Positions 24,087-33,601 of a DNA stretch of 64,000 nt are shown here, in pieces. Within the stretch, counting starts at the first letter, position 1. The number at the start of each line of letters is the position of its first letter. The notes under the pieces were generated by a model. That model saw only the letters and a list, made by a program, of their open reading frames with translations, did no database searches and was not told the DNA's origin. The position numbers and the translations under genes are program-made. This DNA comes from Klebsiella phage fENko-Kae01. Location of the stretch: the sequence record OR228459.1. One strand, written 5' to 3'.

Positions 24087-24521
24087 ATGGAACTTCGATC
24101 TTGTATCGCTTTTATTGGTGATCATGCAACGCTTGAAAAGATCGATTCCTTGATTAACGAGGAATCTTTGATTGACGACATGGTATTTTCTGTAGATTTT
24201 ATTGCAGAGCTTGAAACTAACGATACTTATGTTTACCGTTGCTATTCTGATAGCGATTCATGGATTAATATCTATGAAATCCAAAATAGATTTACTGAAA
24301 TTCTTGGTAAATCAAAATATGACATAATTTATGCTAGTACTGATTCTAAGACATTTGTAGACGTAGTGAGTATTTCTGGAAATTTTGATGCTTACATTGA
24401 CACAGACACCGATAAGATTCAGGAAGTATGTGATACGTATGGGTTGGAGTTCTTTGGGTCTGATGAGGAAGATGATTATCAGATTGACGATTACTACAAC
24501 GACGACGATGATTACTACTAA
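24087..24521 (+). CDS. hypothetical highly acidic protein
   Basis: C-terminus is DDYQIDDYYNDDDDYY. Confidence 0.5.
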   Translation: MELRSCIAFIGDHATLEKIDSLINEESLIDDMVFSVDFIAELETNDTYVYRCYSDSDSWINIYEIQNRFTEILGKSKYDIIYASTDSKTFVDVVSISGNFDAYIDTDTDKIQEVCDTYGLEFFGSDEEDDYQIDDYYNDDDDYY

Positions 24522-24531
24522 GGAGGGAATC

Positions 24532-25029
24532 ATGCAAATTTTAACTCCAGAAAACTATGCATATGAAATGGATTTGGTGTCCGATGAGATACCAGAAGAA
24601 ATGTATTGTGTACTAGATTTGAGTGATCACGGTGATTCTGATTTTTACTTCAGACCAATCAACCATACAGTATCATTCAATAGTTTGAGTGCTGATTTAC
24701 AAATTGGTGATAAAGTTATTCAAGTACCCCTAGGTTGGCAAATACTTCTAGGTGATGAGGATACTGGAATGGCTGAGATGTGTACTATTGAAAATCTTTT
24801 GAATATGAAAGAACCACAAGCATATGTATACAATCCAATACGTTCTATGTATCCTAGATACGAAGACGTAAAAGTACTAAGAGTATTCACACTAACTACT
24901 AAGTGGCAGATGCCGATGGTTCAACGCAAGAATTTACTTGCAGTACCATTGACAAAAGGGTATAATCCCAAATGCGTCTTTTTTGCCGACGAAAACGAAA
25001 AAATACCTGATTTATATTTGGGAGCTTGA
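24532..25029 (+). CDS. hypothetical protein
   Basis: Start MQILTPEN with GGAGGG RBS. The longer track ORF from 24385 is read-through from the previous gene region. Confidence 0.5.
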   Translation: MQILTPENYAYEMDLVSDEIPEEMYCVLDLSDHGDSDFYFRPINHTVSFNSLSADLQIGDKVIQVPLGWQILLGDEDTGMAEMCTIENLLNMKEPQAYVYNPIRSMYPRYEDVKVLRVFTLTTKWQMPMVQRKNLLAVPLTKGYNPKCVFFADENEKIPDLYLGA

Positions 25030-25877
25030 TAATGTTTGATTTCAGTAATACAAAAGAATCTACTCCAGTAGAAGACTATGAGGTTGAAAAGAAAGTAGAT
25101 CTTGATATGAACCTTCTACTTGAGAAGATTGACACTGCACAGTACGAGTATTTTGAAACACTAAGTGATAATGAAAAGAAAAGTTTTCAACCTTATGTGA
25201 TTCAGCGTTGGATTAGTTCACTTGATGATTCTATGCAAGTAACATACTCAGCTAAAAGTGTTGAAGCTATATTTGGTAAATGGGCTAAAGGTGGCAAAGA
25301 CGCACTAAATGAATTACGTACTGAATTTATCAATAACGGTATTGAATGTATTGGTGTTGCAAAATATCAACACGCACAATATGACTGGCGTATAAAATTT
25401 GCAGTGAAGAACAAAGCAGCAGCCGAGAAACTTATTCAGGCTATGCAAGAGTTCAGTATTACTGGATATGAAATTGTATCATTGGTTGACAGTACTACTT
25501 ACAAACATCTTCTAATTATGTTGAATGACATGGTTAACGAAGGTATGTGGGAAATGCAGAATACACCAGATTTAGTTTACCAACTTCTATGTTCTGTATC
25601 TTCTATTGTAGGTGGACGCAAACAAGCACACACTTGGTTGCCTTTCCCTAAAGGCTTAAAGAATGTAAATAAAAACTTATTTGAACTCATCAAGAAAACA
25701 CAGCCAATGTTAACGGCAGCACAACTTTCCGAAGTTGAGTACAAAATTCTTTTATTGGGTTATGATAAGAAATCATTTGAGGCACTTCTTGAGGACTTTG
25801 GTTTTCAAGATAGTGATAAGAAAGACTATCTAAAACAATTCAAGGCAGAGTGTGAGAAATATGGCAAAACTAGCTAA
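25026..25877 (+). CDS. hypothetical protein
   Basis: 283 aa with ATGA overlap to the upstream gene. Confidence 0.5.
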   Translation: MIMFDFSNTKESTPVEDYEVEKKVDLDMNLLLEKIDTAQYEYFETLSDNEKKSFQPYVIQRWISSLDDSMQVTYSAKSVEAIFGKWAKGGKDALNELRTEFINNGIECIGVAKYQHAQYDWRIKFAVKNKAAAEKLIQAMQEFSITGYEIVSLVDSTTYKHLLIMLNDMVNEGMWEMQNTPDLVYQLLCSVSSIVGGRKQAHTWLPFPKGLKNVNKNLFELIKKTQPMLTAAQLSEVEYKILLLGYDKKSFEALLEDFGFQDSDKKDYLKQFKAECEKYGKTS

Positions 25878-26571
25878 AAAAGCACCCACGTATAAATGTG
25901 GGTTTTGCAATAAAGAGTTTAAAAGAGAAGAAACAGTTTTAACACATAAATGTGAAAAACGTGAAAGATATAATAATCGTGACTCCCGCCAGATGCGGGA
26001 GGCATTTCGTATCTATATGCTGTTCATGAACAAACATAAACTAAGTATGGGTAAGAATGAAGAACCATTAATGCACTTTATTAAATCAAAGTACTTTAAT
26101 GATTTTTATAAATTTGCTGATTATATACTATCTAATGATATTTTGAACAAAGAGCAATTTGTTGAAACTATTATGACTAGTGGTAAACCAGTATATGAAT
26201 GGATGACTCATAAAACACTAGAAGAATGGGTTATTAAATGTATTCGTGAAGAACATCCACGTAGAGCAATAGAGAGATCTATTCCAGCATTAGTTGAATG
26301 GGCTGAAATTGTTGATAGTGATTGGACGAACTTCTTTCGTGAAGTAAGTTCAGTACGTGCTATTCAATGGTTTGAATGTGGTAAAATATCACCGTGGCTC
26401 ATCTACATTGCCCCCACTGCATCCGGTAATGCCCTCTTCTCCAGATTATCGACTTCTGAATTAGAATATCTAATTCGGTTCATCGATCCTACTTTTTATC
26501 AAATGAAACAAATAAAATACAAAGAAGATTGTGATTATATCAGGCAACTTCTTATTGAGGCTGGATTATGA
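25852..26571 (+). CDS. hypothetical protein with N-terminal C2H2-like zinc finger
   Basis: YKCGFCNKEFKREETVLTHKC. Confidence 0.5.
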   Translation: MRNMAKLAKKAPTYKCGFCNKEFKREETVLTHKCEKRERYNNRDSRQMREAFRIYMLFMNKHKLSMGKNEEPLMHFIKSKYFNDFYKFADYILSNDILNKEQFVETIMTSGKPVYEWMTHKTLEEWVIKCIREEHPRRAIERSIPALVEWAEIVDSDWTNFFREVSSVRAIQWFECGKISPWLIYIAPTASGNALFSRLSTSELEYLIRFIDPTFYQMKQIKYKEDCDYIRQLLIEAGL

Positions 26572-26924
26572 GTAATATATATAAAGGGCAGGATAACCCT
26601 AAACCTACAATCTATAACACAAAAGTAAATGAAACAGAAAGTCCAAAGAAAAGTACAACATCGCCGCAGATTAAACTTCTTCGCGAAGCACACGTTACCG
26701 AAATCACACTTGGAGACCAAACACTCAGAGTAATGGATGCTGGTCATATTCAGGGTGTTATTAATATGATTGAGAAACATCATAGTAGTATTGAGCAATT
26801 AAACAAAACTGTTAATAACTTGAATAGGACTATCCGCACGTTGAATGGTCAAATACAAGACATGAATCGTGAAATTGATCAACTAAAAGGGATATTGAAA
26901 ATAAATGGAAACAACTACTTATAA
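26568..26924 (+). CDS. hypothetical coiled-coil protein
   Basis: 118 aa with heptad-like C-terminus. Confidence 0.45.
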   Translation: MSNIYKGQDNPKPTIYNTKVNETESPKKSTTSPQIKLLREAHVTEITLGDQTLRVMDAGHIQGVINMIEKHHSSIEQLNKTVNNLNRTIRTLNGQIQDMNREIDQLKGILKINGNNYL

Positions 26925-27537
26925 GAAAGCTAGAACTGACGTTGATATAGACGTTCGCAATTCCAAAGAAGTAATTGAACAATTACCATGTGTGAGAAGT
27001 GTTGAAATCATTAATGAAGATGGTTTTCTAGTACATAAGAGTGGGATTCATTTTGATAACATACCAGTAGACCCTATTACTGGATATGCGAGCATACCAT
27101 ATAAAGAAGCCGAAAGATTAGGATATCAAAAGGTTGATATACTGTCTCAATCGGCTTATATGTATGTTCGTGATCGTGAACATTTAAAAGAATTAATGGC
27201 ACGTGAGCCAGATTGGTCATTATTATTAGTTCCAGAAATTGTTGAACAATTATCTCAGATTAAAAAACATATTTCATTATTACAAATATGGAAACCAAGT
27301 TCTGTTGACGAATTAGCTATGTTTATTGCTATGATTCGTCCGGGCAAACGCCAATGTCAGAGCATGAATAGTTGGGATGAAGTTAGGGCTACGATTTGGG
27401 ATTATAGTACAATAGGGCTTGACGGGGAAGGTAAGAAACAACGTTATTTCAAAAAACCACATGCTTATGCATACAGTCTAATGATTGTTGTGCAATTAAA
27501 TGCTTTAGTTGAGCATCTTATGTCTTCCTCTTCTTGA
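26905..27537 (+). CDS. miniature Pol III alpha (C-family polymerase) palm-core-like protein, 210 aa
   Basis: Ordered motifs DVDIDVRNSKEVIEQL, HKSGIHF, QKVDILS, AMIRPGK, KKPHAYAYSLM. They correspond to DnaE PDIDVDF..RDxVIxYV, KHAGGVVI, KFDFLGL, ALFRPGP, NKSHSAAYAL. Confidence 0.45.
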   Translation: METTTYKKARTDVDIDVRNSKEVIEQLPCVRSVEIINEDGFLVHKSGIHFDNIPVDPITGYASIPYKEAERLGYQKVDILSQSAYMYVRDREHLKELMAREPDWSLLLVPEIVEQLSQIKKHISLLQIWKPSSVDELAMFIAMIRPGKRQCQSMNSWDEVRATIWDYSTIGLDGEGKKQRYFKKPHAYAYSLMIVVQLNALVEHLMSSSS

Positions 27538-27886
27538 GGGTAATATTTCTTCGTTTGATTCGTTTAGTTGGCAAATCACTAAGTGATATTGCCGGGCCTG
27601 ATATAAAGGTGACACTATCGGTATTAAAACGTTGAGTATAATTTTCGTAAGTCTCCATCTCTTCTTGCATAAAGAGGCAGATGGGGATTGACCGATTGCT
27701 TTGCCACCACCAAGTATCAGCTAGATCTAGCAGATCTTTTTGATGGGATTCTTCCATTAGATGGAAACAGTATAAAGTTGTATATTGTTTACTCTTAATC
27801 TTTATAATCCCATAATAGATATTCCCGTCATGTTCCAGTACTGTAACATACGGTGGGTAAGTTTTACACATTAATAGGACTCCCAT
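27518..27886 (-). CDS. possible antisense small basic protein (doubtful)
   Basis: Only ORF covering the 400-nt gap in + coding. No obvious SD at the first ATG. A TATAAATA motif on the - strand lies at 27915-27922. Confidence 0.25.
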   Translation of the reverse strand: MGVLLMCKTYPPYVTVLEHDGNIYYGIIKIKSKQYTTLYCFHLMEESHQKDLLDLADTWWWQSNRSIPICLFMQEEMETYENYTQRFNTDSVTFISGPAISLSDLPTKRIKRRNITLKKRKT

Positions 27887-27933
27887 AAATATTATATAGT
27901 TTAAAAGTACATAGTATTTATAGAGGTAAACTA

Positions 27934-28905
27934 ATGGCACATTACGGCGTTTATACGTACCCGACTAATAATGAAGTAGCACTTGGCAACTTCAACTTAC
28001 CTTTCAATCAAGAAAAGGTTGTAATTTATCGTGGTGCAAACAATTCATTATCCTTTTCAGTACATAACGCTGATGGTAAGTATACCTTACTACGAGACGA
28101 TGAATATTTAATTTTTGCAATTTTTGATGCTCGAAACAATACAAAGATTTATGATGTATTGCTAGAGAAAATATTACCCTCATGGGTATCTGAAGCTGGT
28201 CAAGCAAGGCCAACATTAAGTAATAAGAAAAAAGTGTATTACGGTTGCGTAGTCCCTGCTGGCGTTATTCAAGATTTAAGCCCCGGTTCGAAGTATCGTT
28301 GGACAATTCACAAAGTTCGTCTAAATGGTGATCTTGTCGAACCAACAGAATTTCTGTATACTGGATTAGGTTTTGAAGCTAGTGCAGAATTGATTATTAG
28401 TGATCAAGCTGCACCGGTATTTGTTGCATCCCAAGAGATTAGTGCGGCGAAGAATTCTTCATGGCTACCGATTGCACACAAATCAGAGCAACCCATTGCA
28501 AATGGGGTAAAAGGGGATTACGAAGTATTACACTCTTCAGCTATACGTGCTGGTTGCCAGTACGGTTTGGTTGAGGGCTTAAGTACTATCGCATTCTATT
28601 TTCAAAACTTTATCGGTCGAATTCAACTTCAAGGTTGTTTGGCTAATAATTCTCCAAATGATAACGAGGAATACAAGTGGTTCATCATTAAGCTAGATGG
28701 AAAAGAGTACATCGAAAGTGGCTGGGATGAACATGGTGCACCAAAATCTATTGATGGAATCCAAGCCTTTAACTTCAAGGGGAATTATATGTGGGTACGT
28801 GCGGTTTGCTGCATCCCGCCGTTAGTACGACACTATGAACCAAACGAGGTGGTCAAGTATTACGAACCGTTGAAGACTGTCCCTAAAATTTTAATCAGAC
28901 GATAA
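27934..28905 (+). CDS. hypothetical protein
   Basis: 323 aa, beta-rich, possibly structural. Confidence 0.5.
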   Translation: MAHYGVYTYPTNNEVALGNFNLPFNQEKVVIYRGANNSLSFSVHNADGKYTLLRDDEYLIFAIFDARNNTKIYDVLLEKILPSWVSEAGQARPTLSNKKKVYYGCVVPAGVIQDLSPGSKYRWTIHKVRLNGDLVEPTEFLYTGLGFEASAELIISDQAAPVFVASQEISAAKNSSWLPIAHKSEQPIANGVKGDYEVLHSSAIRAGCQYGLVEGLSTIAFYFQNFIGRIQLQGCLANNSPNDNEEYKWFIIKLDGKEYIESGWDEHGAPKSIDGIQAFNFKGNYMWVRAVCCIPPLVRHYEPNEVVKYYEPLKTVPKILIRR

Positions 28906-28907
28906 AG

Positions 28908-28938
28908 TTGGGATGAACCTGAAAAAATGTGATATAAT
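28908..28938 (+). promoter_or_regulatory. promoter family copy 7 (TTGGGATG variant)
   Basis: ttgggatg at 28908-28915 and tgtgatataat at 28928-28938. Confidence 0.55.
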
Positions 28939-28962
28939 CAACCTATATGCGAGGATGAAATT

Positions 28963-30021
28963 ATGAATCAGGTTCAAATTATTGTGGCAAACTTGATGCA
29001 AGATCCTGTACCAGCAATGGGAGCATGGAAGCATCATAATTGCCCTGCATGTGTATTCAAAGGTCAACCACGCCCTGATACACGTGGACGTGGGAACCAC
29101 GTCTTTAATAATGATGGTGGAATAGGTTATAACTGTTTCAACTGTGGTATTAAAGTAAACTGGCAACCCGGAAGGTATATGAGCAACGATATGGAAACGT
29201 TGCTCATTTCGTATGGTGCGTCAGATAAAGATATTGCCTTTATTAAACTTTTCATTGATGAAATGGTTAAGAGTGGAGAATACGAGGTTGAGGAATCCGC
29301 CTCGAATAAGTTATTCCAGCGAATAACAAAACGCGAGTTACCACCTGATGCAAAGAGTTTTGCAGAGTGGGCGAGTACTCCAGATATTGAACGCTTACAG
29401 CCTAAGTTCATTAGTGTTCTAGAAGCTGTTAATATGCGTAATCCATATCTACTGGACTTAGATATCTACTGGAGTCCATCAAAAGAACATCGTATGTATG
29501 ATAGGTTTATTATACCTTATTATATGCACGGTGAAGTAATAGGTTACACTGCTAGACACAAAGATATGGATAGTGATTATCGCTATGTCAATCAAGTAAG
29601 TACTAGCCTTCTTTATAACTTTGATTTGCTCAATGATGAAAGAATTAAAGTTATATTTGTGGCAGAAGGCCCGATTGATGCTGCCTTAATGTGCGGTGTA
29701 TCTGCCAATAACTATTACCTCACAACTGCTCAAATAGAACTATTGAAAGCAGCACAACAAAGAGGTAAAAAAATAGTTATAGTACCAGACCGTGACAAAG
29801 ATGGTTTGAAAGCGATTGACCAAGCAAAGGAACATGGATTTGCAGTATCGTTCCCTGATTATGGTACAGTCAGACAACCTGACGGAAGGGGAATCCGTCA
29901 CATAAAAGATTTAGATGAAGCATGTGCTAAGTATGGTAGGTTATTCTGTGTGCAGTTAATACACGCTAGCATAGTAGAAGACCCATTTTACATTGAAGTA
30001 CAAAAGGGCAAATGGATTTGA
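28963..30021 (+). CDS. DNA primase (T4 gp61-like; Zn ribbon plus TOPRIM)
   Basis: CPACVF..CFNCG zinc ribbon. TOPRIM motifs FVAEGPIDA and VPDRDKDG. Confidence 0.85.
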   Translation: MNQVQIIVANLMQDPVPAMGAWKHHNCPACVFKGQPRPDTRGRGNHVFNNDGGIGYNCFNCGIKVNWQPGRYMSNDMETLLISYGASDKDIAFIKLFIDEMVKSGEYEVEESASNKLFQRITKRELPPDAKSFAEWASTPDIERLQPKFISVLEAVNMRNPYLLDLDIYWSPSKEHRMYDRFIIPYYMHGEVIGYTARHKDMDSDYRYVNQVSTSLLYNFDLLNDERIKVIFVAEGPIDAALMCGVSANNYYLTTAQIELLKAAQQRGKKIVIVPDRDKDGLKAIDQAKEHGFAVSFPDYGTVRQPDGRGIRHIKDLDEACAKYGRLFCVQLIHASIVEDPFYIEVQKGKWI

Positions 30022-30032
30022 GGAAAGAATAA

Positions 30033-31577
30033 ATGGCTTTAGTAAACACGGACGTTAAACAATATGGAATTAACTATCAAGAGTATCTACTTTCACAGGT
30101 TCTAAGCAATCCAGACATTTTTGTACGTTGTAAGGGTATTCTTAAACCTGATTATTTTGATAAGGAATTTCATAGCAGTATTACTTTTGTGCATGAGCAC
30201 TCACAAAAATATAATACCACTCCTACCTTAGATGATATTGAGTTTAAAGGTGGTTATCGTTATCGACATACACCTGTGGATGCATTAGGTGAGCAAGCAG
30301 TACTGGATGATATTGGTCAGTTTTGTCGTCACAAAGCACTAGCTCTAGCAATTCAACAAGGTATGGAATTAGTAAATCAGAAGAAGTATGGTGGAATTGA
30401 AGAACTTATTCGTGAAGCAATGCTAGTAAGTGTTCAAAACGAATTAGGTCTAGACATTTATGAAAACCCAGAAGAAGTAATCCGTTCATTGAATATGAAT
30501 CAAGGTTCATTCAAGACTGGTTGGGAAACATTAGATTTTAAACTATACGGTGGATTCGGTCGTCAAGAACTAGAAATCTTCGCTGCGGCATCAGGTGGTG
30601 GTAAATCTGTAGTACTACAAAACTTAGCAGTTAACTTCTCCAAACAAGGTAAAGTTGGTGCTTATATATCTCTAGAGCTAGCAGAAGAACTTGTTGCAGT
30701 TCGTATCTATTCAATGATGGTGAACAAAGATAACAAGTCTATTAAATCTTCACCCGAAAATGCAAGTATTCAGATTAAACTAGAAGAGAAGACAAATGGT
30801 TCTTTACGTATTCATCGTATGCCAGAATCGGTTACTACCGTAAATGATATTGAAAGTTATCTTCGTGAACTACAAATTAAAACTGGTCTAAAGTTAGATT
30901 ATGTTTGCGTGGACTATCTTGATCTATTAACATCAGACCGTTGTGGCCCAAATGATAAATCTAATGCGTTCGTTAAAGATAAGTTTGTATCAGAAGAATT
31001 ACGTGCACTTGCTATGAAAATGGATATCACAGTCGTCACTGCTTGTCAGTTTAACCGTAGTGGTATTAGTGAAGAGAAGAAAAGCCAATCACAAATCGCT
31101 GGTGGTATTTCTAAAATCTACACAGCAGATAACGTAATCTATATTGAAGCTCGCCGCGAAACTGGTGAAATGTGGTTCGACTTCCAGAAAACTCGTAACA
31201 GTGGTGCAGTAGGATCTCGTCTACGTATGTCATATAATACTGACAGTCTACGTGTACTTGACCATAGCATTACAGTACAGCAAATGGAAATCGATGGTTC
31301 TGGTTTCAAACACTCAGATGGTTCTAACCCTGCGAAAGTAGGTGGTGGAAACGTCACTGGAGCACCCGGAGTGCCACTACAGCAATCTCCAATGCAGATG
31401 CTACATAGTCACTTCCAAAGCTGTCAAGCAGCTTCTACGGCGGCTCCAGATGCCCCTGTACCCCAATCTCCCGGTATTCAAGATACTTCTAAATCATCTA
31501 GTATAAATACTACAAATGACGCTAGCATTAACAATGAAAACATGTTAGCCATCAGGAGTTTATTGAATAGGAAATAA
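30033..31577 (+). CDS. replicative DnaB-family helicase (T4 gp41-like)
   Basis: Walker A AAASGGGKSV, RecA-like core, low-complexity C-terminal extension. Confidence 0.85.
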   Translation: MALVNTDVKQYGINYQEYLLSQVLSNPDIFVRCKGILKPDYFDKEFHSSITFVHEHSQKYNTTPTLDDIEFKGGYRYRHTPVDALGEQAVLDDIGQFCRHKALALAIQQGMELVNQKKYGGIEELIREAMLVSVQNELGLDIYENPEEVIRSLNMNQGSFKTGWETLDFKLYGGFGRQELEIFAAASGGGKSVVLQNLAVNFSKQGKVGAYISLELAEELVAVRIYSMMVNKDNKSIKSSPENASIQIKLEEKTNGSLRIHRMPESVTTVNDIESYLRELQIKTGLKLDYVCVDYLDLLTSDRCGPNDKSNAFVKDKFVSEELRALAMKMDITVVTACQFNRSGISEEKKSQSQIAGGISKIYTADNVIYIEARRETGEMWFDFQKTRNSGAVGSRLRMSYNTDSLRVLDHSITVQQMEIDGSGFKHSDGSNPAKVGGGNVTGAPGVPLQQSPMQMLHSHFQSCQAASTAAPDAPVPQSPGIQDTSKSSSINTTNDASINNENMLAIRSLLNRK

Positions 31578-31580
31578 TAC

Positions 31581-31862
31581 ATGTCGAGTGATAAGAAAAC
31601 ACTTCTTGATAGTATCTTTAACTATACGCCAGAAAAAAGTAAATTACAGAATTTTAGTACTAAAGCAGATCATGCGATTAATTCTGTAATTAATTTGCTT
31701 GAGTATATTGATACTGAATTTGGACAAGACGATGCAGACGATCTTAAAAAGCGATTGTTTCTAAGTATTAAAAACAGGGATTATAAAAAATTCCAACGTG
31801 GATTAGATAACATAGCTCTTGATGAAAAACGACAATCCAAGGGAGGACGATTAGATGAGTAA
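31581..31862 (+). CDS. hypothetical protein
   Basis: 93 aa. Confidence 0.45.
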   Translation: MSSDKKTLLDSIFNYTPEKSKLQNFSTKADHAINSVINLLEYIDTEFGQDDADDLKKRLFLSIKNRDYKKFQRGLDNIALDEKRQSKGGRLDE

Positions 31863-32019
31863 GAAACTCAAAGAAAATGCTTCTTCTGGTGCGACGAGTG
31901 CAGGGAGTATTGCATCTGTTAGTACTGGATTACATTTTCCACTAATGAAACGTTTACCGAAGACAATACTCTTTGGTGGCTATACTGAAGTGAATATGGA
32001 GAAAAAAGATAAGAAATGA
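31855..32019 (+). CDS. small ORF (54 aa) with strong RBS, not in the ORF track
   Basis: GGGAGG 8 nt upstream of ATG 31855. Its stop TGA overlaps the ATG of the next gene (ATGA). Confidence 0.4.
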   Translation: MSKKLKENASSGATSAGSIASVSTGLHFPLMKRLPKTILFGGYTEVNMEKKDKK

Positions 32020-32417
32020 AACCATACACATTCTACACGATAAACACGATTGTAGATATTGGTGATGGTAGTACTCCCGCAATTATTGATGGAAAGTTTA
32101 CTGGTGCGATGAATCTAACACGGATTGTACAATCTGTGATGGAATATGACTATCCAATGATGGTCAGCATAGTAAGGAATGAAGTTGATTTGTCCAAGGG
32201 TAACAATTCTGATTTCTACGCATTACCTGCATCATGGGGTAAATGTATTGTTAGTACTTTAAAATTTGCATTACCTGTTGATGTGCATATACAATTGACT
32301 GGAATACCATTAGTACTCCCCACTGTAGTTAATAAAACGAGAATCACAAGATTTAATCTAGCATCAAGTACTCGTAATACAAGCATAACTAAACAAACTT
32401 TTTCTATGAGTAAATAA
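32016..32417 (+). CDS. hypothetical protein
   Basis: 133 aa. Confidence 0.5.
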   Translation: MKPYTFYTINTIVDIGDGSTPAIIDGKFTGAMNLTRIVQSVMEYDYPMMVSIVRNEVDLSKGNNSDFYALPASWGKCIVSTLKFALPVDVHIQLTGIPLVLPTVVNKTRITRFNLASSTRNTSITKQTFSMSK

Positions 32418-32444
32418 CGGAAAGGTTTTCTTTTTGGAGATACA

Positions 32445-33380
32445 ATGGATATTCAACAAACTGCAACGGAATTGCAAAAGTTCGCAGATGCGAATGGTTT
32501 GCAGATGGATGTATCTACAGTTTTAGATAGTATGGATGCAGGGGATTTTGTTGCCCTAAACCAAGCTATGGATAATTCTGATAATCATTCCATTCTTAAA
32601 ATTTTACAAAAATATAAATCTCGTATATTCGAGAGTTATCAATATTTTAGTGGTATGTTACTAACTGAAGATGAAAGTATAAATTTAGTTAATGACATGA
32701 CACCAGATGAATTGATTGAACATTACCGTACTATGGAAGGTATGATTCATGAAGTTGATCACTTAACTTTACAAGAAATTCGCACTTTAGTTTATGAAGA
32801 TTTAACTACACAGTTACGTGCTAATCAGATTGTTGGTCGTAATACTACTACACAGCAACAGCAAGTAAATCCTCAAACACAAGCTAAAGTTAAACAAGCT
32901 AATATTCAGCGTAATGCGAATAATAGTTCGTTTAAAGTTTCAGTACCGGGCAATCAACAAGGTACGCAGGAAATTGAGCCAGTGGTCGGTATTGATCCGG
33001 GGCCAACTCCACAACAAACATTGGTTGTAACCAAAGATCAAAATAAACCTAATGAACTAAGTGTTTATGGTTTAGATGATGTTGAAACTGTACAAAATCA
33101 AGGTACTACCACAATCAGTGAAGAATTATCGCCCCAAGAAGCCAATGATGAAGTAATGGGGCCACCATCTGGTAGAGATAATATTGGTGGAGGCCCAACA
33201 ACCTTTACTAATACTGCTGCTGGTATGGGAGCAATTCGACAAGCGATTGACGATGCTGTATCATCTGAAGTTGAAAATACTGATGGTGAACAAAGTCCAT
33301 TGGGTAATGATGCTACCGAAGCTGGTAATGATATGATTGACCAGATTATTGACTTCTGCACTAGAATGAGAGGTAGATAA
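32445..33380 (+). CDS. hypothetical Q/N/T-rich protein
   Basis: 311 aa with GGAG RBS. Confidence 0.5.
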   Translation: MDIQQTATELQKFADANGLQMDVSTVLDSMDAGDFVALNQAMDNSDNHSILKILQKYKSRIFESYQYFSGMLLTEDESINLVNDMTPDELIEHYRTMEGMIHEVDHLTLQEIRTLVYEDLTTQLRANQIVGRNTTTQQQQVNPQTQAKVKQANIQRNANNSSFKVSVPGNQQGTQEIEPVVGIDPGPTPQQTLVVTKDQNKPNELSVYGLDDVETVQNQGTTTISEELSPQEANDEVMGPPSGRDNIGGGPTTFTNTAAGMGAIRQAIDDAVSSEVENTDGEQSPLGNDATEAGNDMIDQIIDFCTRMRGR

Positions 33381-33601
33381 TGAGAATAGCCAAAAGTGAA
33401 TTTGGCGTTTCGGTAATGGTATCTAATGAAGAATATCGTGTTATTCGTAAAATAAAATCATTGGGCCGTGTCAATCGTGACATGGTTCCTGATTACTATC
33501 AGGAAATTGCTGATAAATTAGTATCTCGTGGAGTTCTAAATAGAATAGAAATTGGCGAGAAAGAATACTATGAACCAGTGAGGATAAAGAAAAATGATTG
33601 A
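33380..33601 (+). CDS. hypothetical protein
   Basis: 73 aa with ATGA coupling. Confidence 0.4.
   Translation: MRIAKSEFGVSVMVSNEEYRVIRKIKSLGRVNRDMVPDYYQEIADKLVSRGVLNRIEIGEKEYYEPVRIKKND

Noticed and set aside
24385-24531. The 5' extension of ORF 24385-25029 as given in the track
   Set aside because: The extension overlaps the previous gene in another frame and has a poly-Thr artefact translation. A GGAGGG RBS precedes the internal ATG at 24532.
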